A DNA stretch of 63,366 bases, filler included, from Octopus bimaculoides (Eukaryota): assembly GCF_001194135.2 (NCBI RefSeq). It is 11 parts of 10 records of this genome, joined end to end, with 100 filler letters (N's around TTAATTAATTAA, not from the genome) between each part and the next. Parts side by side here need not be neighbours in the genome. Positions count along the whole stretch, not along the records: positions 27,567 to 36,535 come from NC_068989.1; positions 36,636 to 38,251 come from NC_068985.1; positions 38,352 to 41,916 come from NC_068986.1; positions 42,017 to 43,854 come from NC_068994.1; positions 43,955 to 47,710 come from NC_068991.1; 6 more parts are not named here. One strand, given 5' to 3'. Within the stretch, counting starts at the first letter, position 1. Each line of letters begins with the position of its first letter. Under the pieces are notes generated by a model. The model was not told the DNA's origin. It worked only from the letters and a program-made list of their open reading frames with translations, and made no database searches. Both the position numbers and the translations under genes were made by a program. Below, piece after piece: positions 35,600 through 47,217 of the stretch.

Positions 35600-36499
35600 G
35601 CTGATATCTGACATCTCACCAAATTTAAAATTTATGTATATATGTGTTAACTACACGTATGATTCGAATGCTGGTCTGTTGAAAAAAAACTGTTCCACAA
35701 AAACTGTTCGCCGGGAGTTACATAAAGCCGGATTTTACGAGAGAGTTGCAATCAGAGAACCGCTATTTCCCCCACCCCCACCCCCCGAAAAAAAAACTTG
35801 CAAACCGTTTAGAGTAGAGTAAAAGCCTACGTCTCTAGAACAGTGGAAGACTGTTATTTTCTTGGACGAGTCATCGTTTACCTTATTTTCGACCACCGGC
35901 CGAGTATATTGTACGGAGACAGCCAAAAGACGCATTTAACCCAGACTGTCTTCTTCCAACTGTTAAACATAGAGCAGGAGGATCTGCGATGATCTGGGGC
36001 GCTATATCTTGGAAATCCACCAGCCCAATGCTTTCCCGTTATGGCAGAATTAATAGTGAAGACTATTTAAGCATTTTCTCTCATAAAATTCATCCTAAGT
36101 TTGCGGAACTGTTTCCAGAGGGAAACGCAATCTTTCAGGATGATAATGCTCCAATTCACACAGCTAAACTTGTTGCTGAATGGCACGAGAAACATTCTAG
36201 TGTAGTTGAACATTTTATCTGGCCAACACAGTCACTAGCTCACAATATTTTAGAACATTTACGGTGTATTTTAGAGAAACAAGTAAGGAGTCGACATCCT
36301 TCACCATCGTCACTCCAAGAACTGAAGATTGTTTTAACTGAACAATGGACAGAAATTCCTTTGGAACCAATTCAAACTTTGTACGAGTCAATACCTCGTA
36401 GAATTCAAGCTGTAATTACTGCCAAAGGAGGTCCTACTCCATATTAAAATAAATTTGTTTGAACTTTTAAGTTTTTTTTTCCATTATTTTGTCCAACCC

Positions 36500-36502
<3 letters not shown>
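35600..36502 (+). mobile_element. Tc1-like transposon (DD36E spacing), degraded, right TIR retained
   Basis: WKTVIFLDESS...MIWGAISW...FQDDNAPIHT-...-WPTQSLAHNILE (36 residues between D and E)...AVITAKGGPTPY; right end CCATTATTTTGTCCAACCCCTG-TA. Confidence 0.85.
35989..36447 (+). pseudogene. Tc1 DDE transposase C-terminal open frame (152 aa)
   Basis: ORF track; upstream part frameshifted. Confidence 0.85.
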
Positions 36503-36535
<33 letters not shown>

Positions 36536-36636
36536 NNNNNNNNNNNNNNNNNNNNNNNNNNNNNNNNNNNNNNNNNNNNTTAATTAATTAANNNNNNNNN
36601 NNNNNNNNNNNNNNNNNNNNNNNNNNNNNNNNNNNG

Positions 36637-36838
36637 GACCGAACGTGTAATGTGGAAAGGTCTTGATAGGTGCCCATTGACGCGAACTATCGAACGGATG
36701 CCTTTGTACAAAGCAGCCATCCAGCCGCGGAAAATGGGACCGAAGCCGGCCGCTGTGAGGACAGCTTCCAAGTATTGATGGTCTACCCTATCGAAAGCTT
36801 TGGATTGATCCAAATTGATCAGGGCCCCACCCATGCCA
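36637..36838 (-). pseudogene. Tx1/L1-clade RT fragment, 5'-truncated
   Basis: GALINLDQSKAFDRVDHQYLEAVLTAAGFGPIFRGWMAALY...VNGHLSRPFHITRSV, then gap. Confidence 0.85.
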
Positions 36839-36849
36839 TAGATAGATAC

Positions 36850-37125
36850 ATTTCTTTTCTTAGCCACACAGGGCTCAACAAAGATGGGACAAATACAATG
36901 TAGAGCTTTTCTTTTTGGGAGGGGGAAGGGGGAAAAGTAGGGGGTGTCGATCAAAAGGGATCGTAGGAAGGAAAAAAGGGGGGAGTTCGATCAAAAGGGA
37001 TGGAGGAAAAAAATCGGATCAATAGGGTTCGTGTATCACAGTAATGTTCTCGTGTAAAAAGAGGAGGACAGTTTAGGTTTAGCTGTGGAATGAAAAGCCT
37101 ACGGAAAAGACCACGGTAACCTTGA
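36850..37125 (-). mobile_element. Probable LINE 3' UTR (Tx1-like) lying directly upstream of the RT fragment
   Basis: Pyrimidine-rich body with repeated CCCTTTTGATCGA, ends AAGAAAAGAAAT then TATCTATCTAT; assignment to Tx1 is inference. Confidence 0.45.
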
Positions 37126-37141
37126 TCAATATTGTCATTGT

Positions 37142-37191
<50 letters not shown>

Positions 37192-37849
37192 CGCAAGTAT
37201 GTAGAAGCTGTCTACGGCATATCCTAACAAAAACAAATATACTTATTCGCTCATGTGCATGCTCATCTACACATTCATGCAGTTTTGCTGAATACTGAAG
37301 TCCAAACCAAATTCATAGTCCATCGCCATCTTTAATTCTTCTCCATGTTCGTTCCGTCCTTGCTCTTCAACCTCTTCGCATCCACCCATCTATCCATCCA
37401 TTTCGCGCGCATTCGTACACTATTTCTAATCATCACTGCGTGCTCACCCACCATAAAATACTTGATTCAGTAATTCGAGTGTGCATGTAGTAGCTTTTAT
37501 TACATGAGTCATAGCCCTCATCCTATTAGGGCCAAAAATCTGTCTCACAGTTGTGACTGCGAAGCTTTTGACAACAACCTTCAATGTGGGCCGAATTTCC
37601 TCCCGGATATTGAAACTGTGGTCAAAATAAAGAAAGCGGAGAAGTTATAAACAAGCGAACCTCAAATTCACACACACACCCTTTTCTCCTCTACGTATAG
37701 ACATTGCAGTTGTATATATTTCATACATGACACATACATACATATATATATACACATGTGCATTCTTTCTTTAGCATACATACGCATGTTGCCTACACAT
37801 ACATTTCACACATATTGAGATCCTCGCTCATGCACACACACACGCATAC

Positions 37850-38197
37850 ACACAAACAAGCCACACATATACACACACACAAACACACACATACGTGTAC
37901 ACACATTCATGCACACACGCATTTTAAACACACCATTACACAATAATTCTCGCATACATGCACGCATGCTCACTACATACATCACACTGATACATACACA
38001 CCACCACACAAACACACTCACACACACATTCATACACACACAAACACACATTCACAAACATAGACGCATTTTAAACATACCATTACACAATAATTCTCGC
38101 ATACATGCACACATACTCGCTACATACATCACACACATACACACACATACACATGTACAACACACACATACACACACGCGTGCATGCACCACACACA

Positions 38198-38250
<53 letters not shown>
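37850..38250. repeat. (CA)-derived repeat with 147-bp internal duplication
   Basis: ACGCATTTTAAACA...CATTACACAATAATTCTCGCATACATGCAC at 37917 and 38064. Confidence 0.8.
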
Positions 38251-38251
<1 letters not shown>

Positions 38252-38351
38252 NNNNNNNNNNNNNNNNNNNNNNNNNNNNNNNNNNNNNNNNNNNNTTAAT
38301 TAATTAANNNNNNNNNNNNNNNNNNNNNNNNNNNNNNNNNNNNNNNNNNNN

Positions 38352-39933
38352 CCGGAGAGAAAGGCCACTGTACACAAGAACAAAATCCCAAAGGAGAGGT
38401 AAATTCTTATGAGACGGCATACGAGAGTTTCAAATCGCCTAAACAAACAAATTGAAAGCAGTGAAAGGTCCCGCCTGAAAATACAACTGCTGGAGACTGA
38501 AAAAATCTGCAACTCTCCCATGAAAAAGAAAGAGCAGACAAAGAAGTCTGGGCTATAGACAATAGAAAATCTAACCCCAGAGCTTTCTACAAGTTTGCCA
38601 AAGAAACAGCCTCAGTGCACTGCAGGATAGGGCCACTCCTCGAAAAAGATGGTACACTCATAGGAAACCCAATGAGGATAAGTGAATTACTAAATGAGCA
38701 ATTGAAAAGTATTTTCACTCCACCCCTAGGGCACTTTCAAGTCAGCAATCCAACTGACTTTTTTACCACTGCAGATATAAAAAGAGGCAATGATGATTGA
38801 CAACATCAATATAAAGGAAGACGATGTAATAAGGTATATAGATGAAATGAACCCAAACTCAGCTACTGGCACACATGGATTCCCAGCAATCTTTCTAAAA
38901 GTATGTAAGCAAGTCTTAGCAAGACCACTGCAGTCCCTCTTTCAGAGCTTAAGAAAACTGAAGGAGGGTAAAATATGCCCTATTCATAAAGGAGGTAGCA
39001 GAGCAGAGGCCAAGAACTACAGACCTATCTTTCTGACCTCGCACATCAGCAAGGTCATGGAGCGAATAGTCAGAAGAAAACTAATCGCCTTCCTTGCTGC
39101 CTGACACCCAACATGGTTTCCAACAAGGAAGAAGCTTCCTGACTTAGCTCTTACAACACTATGACTGGGTGCTGAAACAGCTGCTCAACCACTCAAATGT
39201 CGAAGTGATATATATCGACTTTGCAAAGGCCTTTGATAAAGTCGATCATGGAATGATATGTCACAAGTTGCGTGATCTCAGCATAGTTGGAAAATTGGGA
39301 ATATGGCTTCATGACTTTCTGAAGGATAGAAGTCAGGTGATAGTAGCCAATGGGGCCACCTCCAATGACATGCAAATAGTGAGCAGTGTTCTGCAAGGCA
39401 CTGTTATGGGACCACTACTGTTCAAAATGGCCCTCTCAGACATGCCCTCAGCCACACACAGCCACGATCACAAGTTATGCAGATGATACAAAAGTCTCAC
39501 AGGTAATACAGAACCCTGGATGTGAGCTGGATGAAATATACAAGTGTGCTGAAAAGAATAGCATGCAATTTAATGCTGAAAAGTTTCAAGACTTGTGCTA
39601 TCAGCATGCAAAACGAAATGCAATACCCATTAAATACACTGGACCTGGAAGGATTGCAATCCCAGAGGCACAGTCAGTGCGAGACTTAGGCATTTACATG
39701 AGTAATGATGCATCCTTTCTTGTGCATGTTGCTAAATTGGCAATGAAATGCAGGTGGCTGACTGAATGGATTCTTAGAAATTTTAGAACAAGAGATCAGG
39801 AAACTATGATGGTCCTCTGGAGGACACTTGTCCTAAGCCACTTTGACTATTGCTCTCAGCTATGTTCACCAACCAGTGTCAAATTAATCTCAGAACTTGA
39901 GGCAATCTAATGAAGCTACACAAAGAAGATAGC
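38352..39933 (+). pseudogene. CR1-clade LINE ORF2 (RT) fragment, multiply frameshifted
   Basis: NYRPIFLTSHISKVMERIV, QHGF, YIDFAKAFDKVDH, QGTVMGPLLF, YADDTK, QFNAEK, VRDLGI, DYCSQL. Confidence 0.9.
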
Positions 39934-40572
39934 CTCGCCCGTATGTTTTTGCTTCGCTAAATTTTTTCTTTGAGAAATTTTCAGTGATCTTCTTCTAGCA
40001 CATTAGCAGTCCATTTAGTGGTCTCTTTTATATATACATACATATACAATAATCCTTTTGAGATCTCAGAAAAATTTTTTTCTGAATCTTTTGATTCTTT
40101 TAATGTGCTGGTTTCCTGGTATTAAATTGATATTAATTAATATCCAATTTTTTACCCTACTATTTTAATTAACCATAATCACGTTCTCAAAGTTGGTAAA
40201 TTTGATGCAGAAATTATTTTCTGCAGAAATATTTCGCATTTTGCGCACCAAAACTTAAGACTTTTGAATATTTCTCTATATAATTAATAGAACCATGTGC
40301 ACGTTTTTCACTCGTTGGGGAACAGCTAGTACACGATTCTAAGAATTATATTTCTATGGCAGTCCGTACTGAGGAGAAACAGATATTTTTGGTAAGAAAG
40401 TATTGATTTCGAAACCATGGTCTACAGATAACCTTATATTCATTTCTATAATTTTCACTCGTCTCGCCTCTATGTTTTTGCTTAGCTAAATTTTGTCTTT
40501 GAGAAATTTTCCGTGATTTTCTTCTAGCACATTAGCAGTCCACTTAGTGGTCTCTTTTATATACATACATAT
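39934..40572 (+). repeat. Penelope-like pseudo-LTR region: partial tandem direct repeats
   Basis: ~110-bp direct repeat at 39934-40045 and 40463-40572 directly upstream of the PLE ORF, with an HHR between the copies. Confidence 0.75.
40363..40428 (+). ncRNA. Type I hammerhead ribozyme in the PLE pseudo-LTR
   Basis: UCCGUA-CUGAGGA-GAAA...UUUC-GAAA-CCAUGG-UC-UACAGA: stem II GAAA/UUUC, palindromic ACCAUGGU stem III, GUC triplet, stem I 5/6 paired. Confidence 0.8.
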
Positions 40573-40586
40573 ATGGCTAACCTTCT

Positions 40587-41916
40587 TTGATAACAAGAAT
40601 GATCAACAAAAACACAAGGATTCAACTTCGGATTTTAAAAAAACTATTCAAATCCAAAAACTACCTACCACCAAACCCGAAATTAAAACAATTTGAAGAT
40701 CTTTGGTCAATAGTGAAAGATGTGAAGTTCCATAAATCACCATTAAGAAATAATCACCTCAGATACCTCAACAACATAATGAAAGAAATCAATAACATTG
40801 ATGGAATACTAGTTAAGTCCGATAAAACAGGAAACATGTATAAATTATCCAAGGAACATTATAACGAATTACTCAAAAGAGAAATAGAAAAAAACTGCCG
40901 AATCACAAGTAAAACAGCACTTAGGAAAGCTAACCTGGAAGCAAAACAAATCATGGAGAAATATAACTTACAAAAGAGGACTGAACCTTTGAACCCTAAG
41001 CAACCTCGATTTGTTTTAAAGGACCACAAGAAAAACTTTTGGAGTAGTCCCAAATTATGTCTTATCTGCCCATCTAAATCGGACATAGATATTCTCAGTA
41101 AAAACATACTAGACAAATATATACCTACTTTAGTCAAAAAATTAAAACTTTGTTTGTGGTCAAACTCATTACAAGTAGTAGATTGGTTTCGTAACATTAA
41201 TGACAAACATAACACTAAATTTATCCAGTTTGATATATCTTACTTTTATTCCTCAATTAACCCCATTATATTAAACAAAGCACTCTGGTTTGCTCACAAT
41301 AAGGCGGGTCTTTCTAGAGAGGAAATTAAAGTTGTTACAGCAGCCAGAAATTCTATTATTAAATTCAATAATAAACTATGGACACGTAAGGACACTCCAG
41401 ATGGATTTGACGTCCCTATGGGAAGCTCCGACTCAGCACAAATAGTTGACCTGGTCTGCACATACATTCTATATGAATTAGAAGACCAATTCCCAAACAT
41501 TAAGGGTGGTCTATACCGGGACGATTGTTTACTTTATCTAAATAATACCACAAACCAAAAAATACAAAAAGTTAAAAATAGACTAGCCAGATTTTTCAGT
41601 AGAATGGGTTTTAGTATAACCTTTGAAGACGAAACATCCATAGCCAATTTCCTAGATGTAACTCTAGACCTACACGCAAAAACCTTCTTCCCTTACCACA
41701 AACCCTCCACTAACCTTAAATACATTAGGAAATTCAGTAATCATCCTAATTCGGTAACAAGAAATTTAGTTAGGAACATTTCACTTAGATTATCAAATTT
41801 ATCCACAAATGAAAATATTTTCAATAAGGAAGCTGACTTTTACAACTCTGCTTTATTAAAAGCAGGATATAGAGAAAAAGTTAGTTATATTAATTCCACT
41901 TATGAAATCGATACCC
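40587..41916 (+). CDS. Penelope-like element reverse transcriptase (likely Naiad-type); C-terminus/GIY-YIG lost in gap
   Basis: 443 stop-free codons; SDKTGN, LKDHK, FIQFDISYFYSSI, FDVPMGSSD, GLYRDD, NFLDVTLDL, SNHP motifs. Confidence 0.9.
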
Positions 41917-42104
41917 NNNNNNNNNNNNNNNNNNNNNNNNNNNNNNNNNNNNNNNNNNNNTTAATTAATTAANNNNNNNNNNNNNNNNNNNNNNNNNNNN
42001 NNNNNNNNNNNNNNNNTATATACATATATACATACGGACATGTAAATATCTGTGTGTCTGCGTGTCTGTATCAAAGCTCCTTTCCCATTCATACTGGATT
42101 ATAC

Positions 42105-42295
42105 GGGTTTCCTGTATTCTCTCGCGTGCATACATTCACCCTGAGCCGGACGTCGGTCCGTGAGAGGATTACTCAATTTTAACAACTGAGTGGACTGGAC
42201 CAACGTGAAATGATATGCTTTGCTGAAGATCACATCACGAATCGCCGGACACATAAATCGAAACCATGATTGCAATAGTTTAATCACTAAGCTTC
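42105..42295 (-). mobile_element. SINE family D, decayed
   Basis: Minus strand GCTTAGTGATTAA...GTGATCTTCAGCAAAGC...TCCAGTCCACTCAG matches 27322-27466. Confidence 0.65.
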
Positions 42296-42318
42296 ATGCC
42301 TACACACACACACACACA

Positions 42319-42364
<46 letters not shown>

Positions 42365-42365
<1 letters not shown>

Positions 42366-42968
42366 GCGTAGGAGTGGCTGTGTGGTAAGTAGCTTGCTTA
42401 CCAACCACATGGTCCCGGGTTCAGTCCCACTGCGTGGCATCTTGGGCAAGTGTCTTCNNNNNNNNNNNNNNNNNNNNNNNNNNNNNNNNNNNNNNNNNNN
42501 NNNNNNNNNNNNNNNNNNNNNNNNNNNNNNNNNNNNNNNNNNNNNNNNNNNNNNNNNNNNNNNNNNNNNNNNNNNNNNNNNNNNNNNNNNNNNNNNNNNN
42601 NNNNNNNNNNNNNNNNNNNNNNNNNNNNNNNNNNNNNNNNNNNNNNNNNNNNNNNNNNNNNNNNNNNNNNNNNNNNNNNNNNNNNNNNNNNNNNNNNNNN
42701 NNNNNNNNNNNNNNNNNNNNNNNNNNNNNNNNNNTGTGTGTGTGTGTGTGTATATGTTTGTATGTGTGTGTTTGTCCCCCCTATCATCGCTTGACAACCG
42801 ATGCTGGTGTGTTTATGTCTCCGTAACTTAGCGGTTCGGCAATAGAGATCGATAGAATAAGTACTAGGCTTCTAAAGAATAAGTCCTGGGGGTCGATTTG
42901 CTCGACTAAAGGCGGTGCTCCAGCATGGCCGCAGTCAAAAGACTGAAACAAGTAAAAGAGTAAAAGAG
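42365..42968 (+). mobile_element. SINE family A, full length with internal gap
   Basis: GGCGTAGGAGTGGCTGTGTGGTAAG head; tail ...GCAGTCAAAAGACTGAAACAAGTAAAAGAGTAAAAGAG. Confidence 0.9.
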
Positions 42969-43786
42969 TATAGATATACATATATATGCGCGTGTGTGTG
43001 TGCTAGTATATGTGTATATATGTATGTATATATGTATGTGCGTGCGTGTTTGTGTATGTGTGTATACTAATAGCAACGCACACAAATGACATCATTATTT
43101 GTCGTTACGGTTCTATTTATTATGTGTCTTGGTTAATGCATTTACGTTTGCGATTCAAAGTAGAGACCTCTCAATGGTAAATACTTTGATTTAGCCAGTA
43201 TTTCTTGTGCGAAGCTTTTGGTAGTCTTCGTTCACTAGTAATTATTTGTTGATGTATCTTTCACATAACGTTTTGATCTTCACAGAAAAGAAATAAACTG
43301 TTTATTAGAGTCCATGTGTCGAATGCGAAGAAGGTAATGTTCTTTGGCTTCGTTATATCAGATGTCATTTGAAGAAGATTCACACCACTCGAATTAATAT
43401 GATACAAAAAGCGTTTGTTTTGTGAATTGATGTTGTAGTGGTATATATTTATTTGTATATTATCTGTCAGTGTCTTTTTCATAGGCGTGTTTCAACAATC
43501 GTTGGTTAGGCTGGTAAACATCTTCAATTATTTATATCGATTCTTTATTTTCTGAGTTCAAATCCCGCTGAAGTCACATTTTCCTTTCATGGTTTCGATA
43601 TCTTAAAACAAAGTACTAACCAAACGCTGGTCGATGCTGCAACCTAAAGCAGCCTTTCATAATTACATCGCCTGGCACCTAAATTAAGTGGCTTAGTGGT
43701 TAGGAGAACTTACTTTTTCACTCAACCTGATAGTGTCCTTTTCTAGTCGTGCTGATAACAGTCTCTCTATCTATCTCTCTCTCTCC

Positions 43787-43854
<68 letters not shown>

Positions 43855-43981
43855 NNNNNNNNNNNNNNNNNNNNNNNNNNNNNNNNNNNNNNNNNNNNTT
43901 AATTAATTAANNNNNNNNNNNNNNNNNNNNNNNNNNNNNNNNNNNNNNNNNNNNATATATATATATATATATATGTATGTA

Positions 43982-44030
<49 letters not shown>

Positions 44031-44960
44031 TAAAGAGAGCGATAGAGAAAGAGAGAGAGAGTATGTGTGCTTGTGTGTGCTTTTGTGCTCGTTTTGTGAA
44101 GATGTGTCTGAGAAGTTGTAAACTGTAAACTACATTTTCCTAAAATTTGAGTTTGGCGTTGCATAAACCAATATGTATACAGTGACGTCATTATATAATT
44201 TTATTAGCCTTGCTTATTATTATTCTAATCCGTAAAGAGGAACTGTTTTAACGGGTGGTGTACAAAAATTATATGAATGATTGCTTTTGTCATTTGAAGA
44301 GACAGGATAGATCAACAAATAACTACAGAATCAAATGACGACAGAAGCAACATGAGCCGAGTAGACGCCATGAGTAATATAGTAAACATCAGTCATCATT
44401 CATATATCATTCTAGTTGTTCTATCTACACCACCACTGCTACTCCATTGGTATTACTACTAACTCAACCACTGTCATCTGTCCAACTTGTCAGTGATTAT
44501 GTGAGAATAAGATTCATCTATTGAAAATATGAAAAACACGAACGGAATTAATCTACAATGAAATCAAAGTGAAGAATATAATGAATGGACAAACTGATAT
44601 AAAAACATACACAATGACTCACACACACGCACACATATACATTTGTGTGTAACTTTTTTGTATGATTCGTGGTGTGTGTATGTGTGTGTGTTTGTGTGTG
44701 TGCGCGCGCGTGTGTGTGTGTGTTGTGTGTATGTCTATTCGTCAGTAATTGATGATTCATTTTGTCACTCCTTCCAAGTCTTTTGCTCAAGTTTTGGTGG
44801 TCGAATAAAGAAAGGCAGACGTGAAAATATACGTAGCGATTAGGAAGATCACCAACTTCAACGAACTAATAAACTCTAAAATATATGAGCACGTTTTATT
44901 CCTTTTATACGTATGTAAGTGTATAAATGTGTAAATGAACAATGACACACGCCAGCGCAC

Positions 44961-45004
<44 letters not shown>

Positions 45005-45072
45005 TTACACACACACACACAAAGACACACATGATGATATTTTTGTATAAGATGATTTTACCGATATTTCAG

Positions 45073-45184
45073 GTTCTTAGCCGAACCTCAGCTACCAGAT
45101 GGTGTATCACTGGAGGAGTATTTCGATACTTACGGCATATTTCGACATGGCGTGTTACTAACTTCCTGTTTCACTAAACGACTG
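45073..45184 (+). CDS. Candidate coding exon (unknown gene)
   Basis: ATATTTCAG acceptor, CTG|GTTTGT donor; FLAEPQLPDGVSLEEYFDTYGIFRHGVLLTSCFTKRL; no homology recognised. Confidence 0.3.
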
Positions 45185-46441
45185 GTTTGTTTTTTAGATA
45201 TCTGACAGATCATGATTTTTACATCAGCCCAGTTAATCACGTGAACAATTTTCATTTTCTAAATAAATTTTGATGTCATTTTGTATTTCCAGTTCAGATT
45301 ATCCGTAGATTCTTTTAGAATAAGATATCCTATGGTCGTATATATTTCATCTTGCTTGCTTCCATTCCTGGACAGGGATACTACGTAGTAACAATGACCC
45401 TGTTATTGTTAAAACTGTCAACTTTACATGCAATATATCACTAGGTAGGGGTTATGTAGCGGCTTTTAAAACTTCCTTCACTCACATTAATGTAGGTGTT
45501 TTCTCTTAAGCATTTAACTCGGTCTTCATAAACGACTGTTTTTCTTGGAAGTTTACTGATGTGTGAAAATAACTCTACGCTTCCAGTTGTATTATTTTTC
45601 AGGTACATTAAGCTATTTTGATAAGGTTACTTATAATGATACAACCAACACTGTTAGTACAGCTGTGGCCGACCTTCACATTATCTTTATTAAATTCTTT
45701 ATTGAATTGGTAATGTGGGAACGATTTATCAACTGCTGATAAGTATTCGTTAATGTTTGATCACAGATTTCAGTGATCAAAAGAATATCAATCTACATTA
45801 TGTTCCTATTCCGTTTTGAATATATCCAGAATCAGGAGGTTTTCACAGCTAAGTGAAAGTGCAGTCATATAAACCCCGCAACCAGTTGTAATTGAAGACA
45901 AGCAATATTAGAGTTACTTGGTTTCATAGCAACATGAATAAAAACAAATGCAGGTTTCTTCAATTTTCCATTAATGACTACCAGTTAATTTCTGTAACTG
46001 TACGCAACACGACAATGCAATTGGTGCAGGAATTTTTTTTCCTTTTAAGCCTGGTCTTGCTTGAGTGAAGAATATATGGACAGTGCTGCTCAACCAGAAC
46101 CCATAGGATCCTGGGGGATCCATAAAAAAATTTGTTGTTAAAGTTTTATGTGTTATAAATTGTAAAATACACAAAATATTGTAACGAATTTTTTACACAA
46201 CTTCTAATATTTAAGCATAAAACTTAGTAGGATTGTTTTATGTATCGAATGACAACAATGGGGTAGTAGAGTAAAATATGAATCAAAGGCAAAAATATGG
46301 TTGGGTACCACTGATATAGAATATTGATTCAATGTCAGTATGAGAAGCTTTGAAGGGGTTGAGGAACGCAATTCGGTTGGGTGATATACTCTGCACAAAT
46401 TCAAAAATAAAATTACAAATATAGGAGGGCTGACTGTATAG

Positions 46442-46607
46442 AAATGGTGACTTGGCATTTCTGTACAACACTAATCGGCAACAATTATATAACATTTGGG
46501 TGGACCTGGTAAGTTTATTTCAGGTACCTTGTCAAAATATTACGATGACCTCTACAATACGCTTAGTTGACATCCAAGATGTTTCGTTTACCTTACAGAA
46601 AGCCATG
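46442..46607 (+). CDS. Candidate coding exon with alternative splice sites
   Basis: Open frame NGDLAFLYNTNRQQLYNIWVDL|VSLFQ|VPCQNITMTSTIRLVDIQDVSFTLQKAM; donors GTAAGT at 46509 and GTATGT at 46608. Confidence 0.25.
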
Positions 46608-47013
46608 GTATGTATATATGTATATTTGTTCAGTATATAAGCAAACCTGTGTCCCTATCTGCTGTGTGTTGTTGTTTGTTTACATGGGAGGACAGCAATC
46701 AGTAATGTCGAAACACAAAAACTGGTGATATTCGGTAGTTAATGTAAGGTAGTTTACTATAAATAGCTTACCTAAGAGCGTCAGTTTAAATTTTCCTGGT
46801 TCCTATATATGAAAACGTGTGAGACATTCACGTCTGGGATTCAGGATTAACTGTAGTTTCTCTTTTTTTTCTTTTCAGCTAATTAGGCCTGCTAAAATTA
46901 GGTACGCATTAAACGCCTGTGCACTTTCTATGCTCGAACGTACGATATATATGATGGTTGCTAACTCGATTTCGAGTAGAACCATTGCCTGATTTATATA
47001 CATACATACATGC

Positions 47014-47109
<96 letters not shown>

Positions 47110-47217
47110 TTTTATTGGTTTCAGCTATGCAGCTGCGGTCATGCTGGAGCACCACCAGGATAAAAGTATATATATATTTGCATTGAGAATCATTTCCCAT
47201 TGCCAACCTGGGGTTGT

